Source: an uncultured Gemmatimonadales bacterium (GTDB lineage Bacteria > Gemmatimonadota > Gemmatimonadetes > Gemmatimonadales > GWC2-71-9). From it: a stretch of 64,000 bases of DNA. The DNA is taken from the NCBI GenBank assembly GCA_963821525.1, contig CAWGED010000010.1:96001-160000 (forward strand). The letters are read 5' to 3'. How positions within the stretch are numbered: the first letter of the stretch is position 1; the number at the start of each line of letters is the position of its first letter. Below are positions 63,251-64,000 of the stretch, piece after piece. The notes under the pieces were generated by a model. It worked only from the letters and a program-made list of their open reading frames with translations, did not search any database and was not told the DNA's origin. The position numbers were made by a program, and so were the translations under genes.

Positions 63251-63638
63251 CTCCTCCAACCGCCACACCCCGCCATCGCGTACTCGACCCTTCAAGCCAC
63301 CTACTACATCCTCACAGGGCTCTGGCCCCTGGTTCACTTTTCCAGTTTCGAGCTGGTAACCGGCCCCAAGACCGATGACTGGCTGGTGCGGATGGTGGCG
63401 CTACTGGTCGTGTTGATCGGAGTTACACTGGCCGTGGCGGTCATGCGCAATGCCGTTTGACCTGGAGATCACAGTCCTCTCTGCCGGGGCCACCATCGCC
63501 TTCTCGGCCATCGACACCTGGTACGCCTTCAGCGGTCGCATCTCTCCGATCTATCTGGCAGACGCAGCCTTGGAGGTAGTTCTGCTGGCCGGCATGGCGC
63601 TGACCCGCCGGCCGTTCCGGGACGCCGAACGAGCCTGA
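63238..63638 (+). CDS. membrane hypothetical protein (frameshifted)
   Basis: YYILTGLWPLVH..FELVTGPKTDDWLV...ISPIYLADA across frames. Confidence 0.7.
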
Positions 63639-63801
63639 CGGGATGCCCTGTCTGCAACTCATAATTCGGGAGGCCCCTCAAGACGCCCAAGTCACTCGCG
63701 GAATGTTGCTACTGCGGTACCTTATCCCCGCTGGCGATCCGCCCAGGGCTGAACCGTGACCCTGCGGGAACATCGAGTCCCTTAGTCCTCAGGAGGGTAC
63801 C

Positions 63802-64000
63802 ATGACCGGAGCGCGCATGCTGTTGACCGACGTCCTTTCTCGAGGCTGGTGGCACCTGCTGCTTCGCGGACTCGCCGCCATCGCCTTCGCCATACTTACC
63901 TGGTTCCGTCCGGGCATCTCCCTCGCCGCGCTGGTGCTGCTCTTCGGCGCGTACGCGCTGGTTGACGGAGTGCTCGCCGTGTGGACCGCGATCGCCGGCC
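63802..64000 (+). CDS. HdeD/DUF308 family membrane protein (partial)
   Basis: AGGAGG RBS; WWHLLLRGLAAIAF...FGAYALVDG. Confidence 0.85.
   Translation, partial: MTGARMLLTDVLSRGWWHLLLRGLAAIAFAILTWFRPGISLAALVLLFGAYALVDGVLAVWTAIAG

Overview
High-GC bacterial DNA. Three Hanks-type Ser/Thr kinase-TPR genes of the LADRYRLERELGxGGMATVYLA type and the general gene inventory suggest Gemmatimonadota, but this is inference only. The window is densely coding, with about 65 mostly small accessory genes (GNAT, DinB, VOC, cupin, NUDIX, SAM methyltransferases, two SulP, two AraC, two ECF sigma modules, two SBP56-like beta-propellers). I found no tRNA, rRNA, CRISPR, integrase or transposase. Many genes are broken by 1-2 nt indels that rejoin into full-length proteins across frames, most likely uncorrected long-read errors, so several long track ORFs are chimeras. 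The main result is a minus-strand operon (17466->9846) encoding, in order: a Cyc2-like cytochrome-porin, a diheme c cytochrome, a type-1 copper cupredoxin, CoxB, CoxA, two CoxC, CoxD and a small membrane protein. This parallels the order of the Acidithiobacillus rus operon and is a candidate extracellular electron-uptake / Fe(II)-oxidation chain. Its oxidase keeps the A1 D-channel but lacks the K-channel residues and the Mg-site ligands. The intergenic DNA carries palindromic 7-mer and 9-mer repeat elements, a dispersed ~75-bp element in two copies, and a 41-bp duplicated gene end. All family calls come from motif recognition by eye; no database searches were run.
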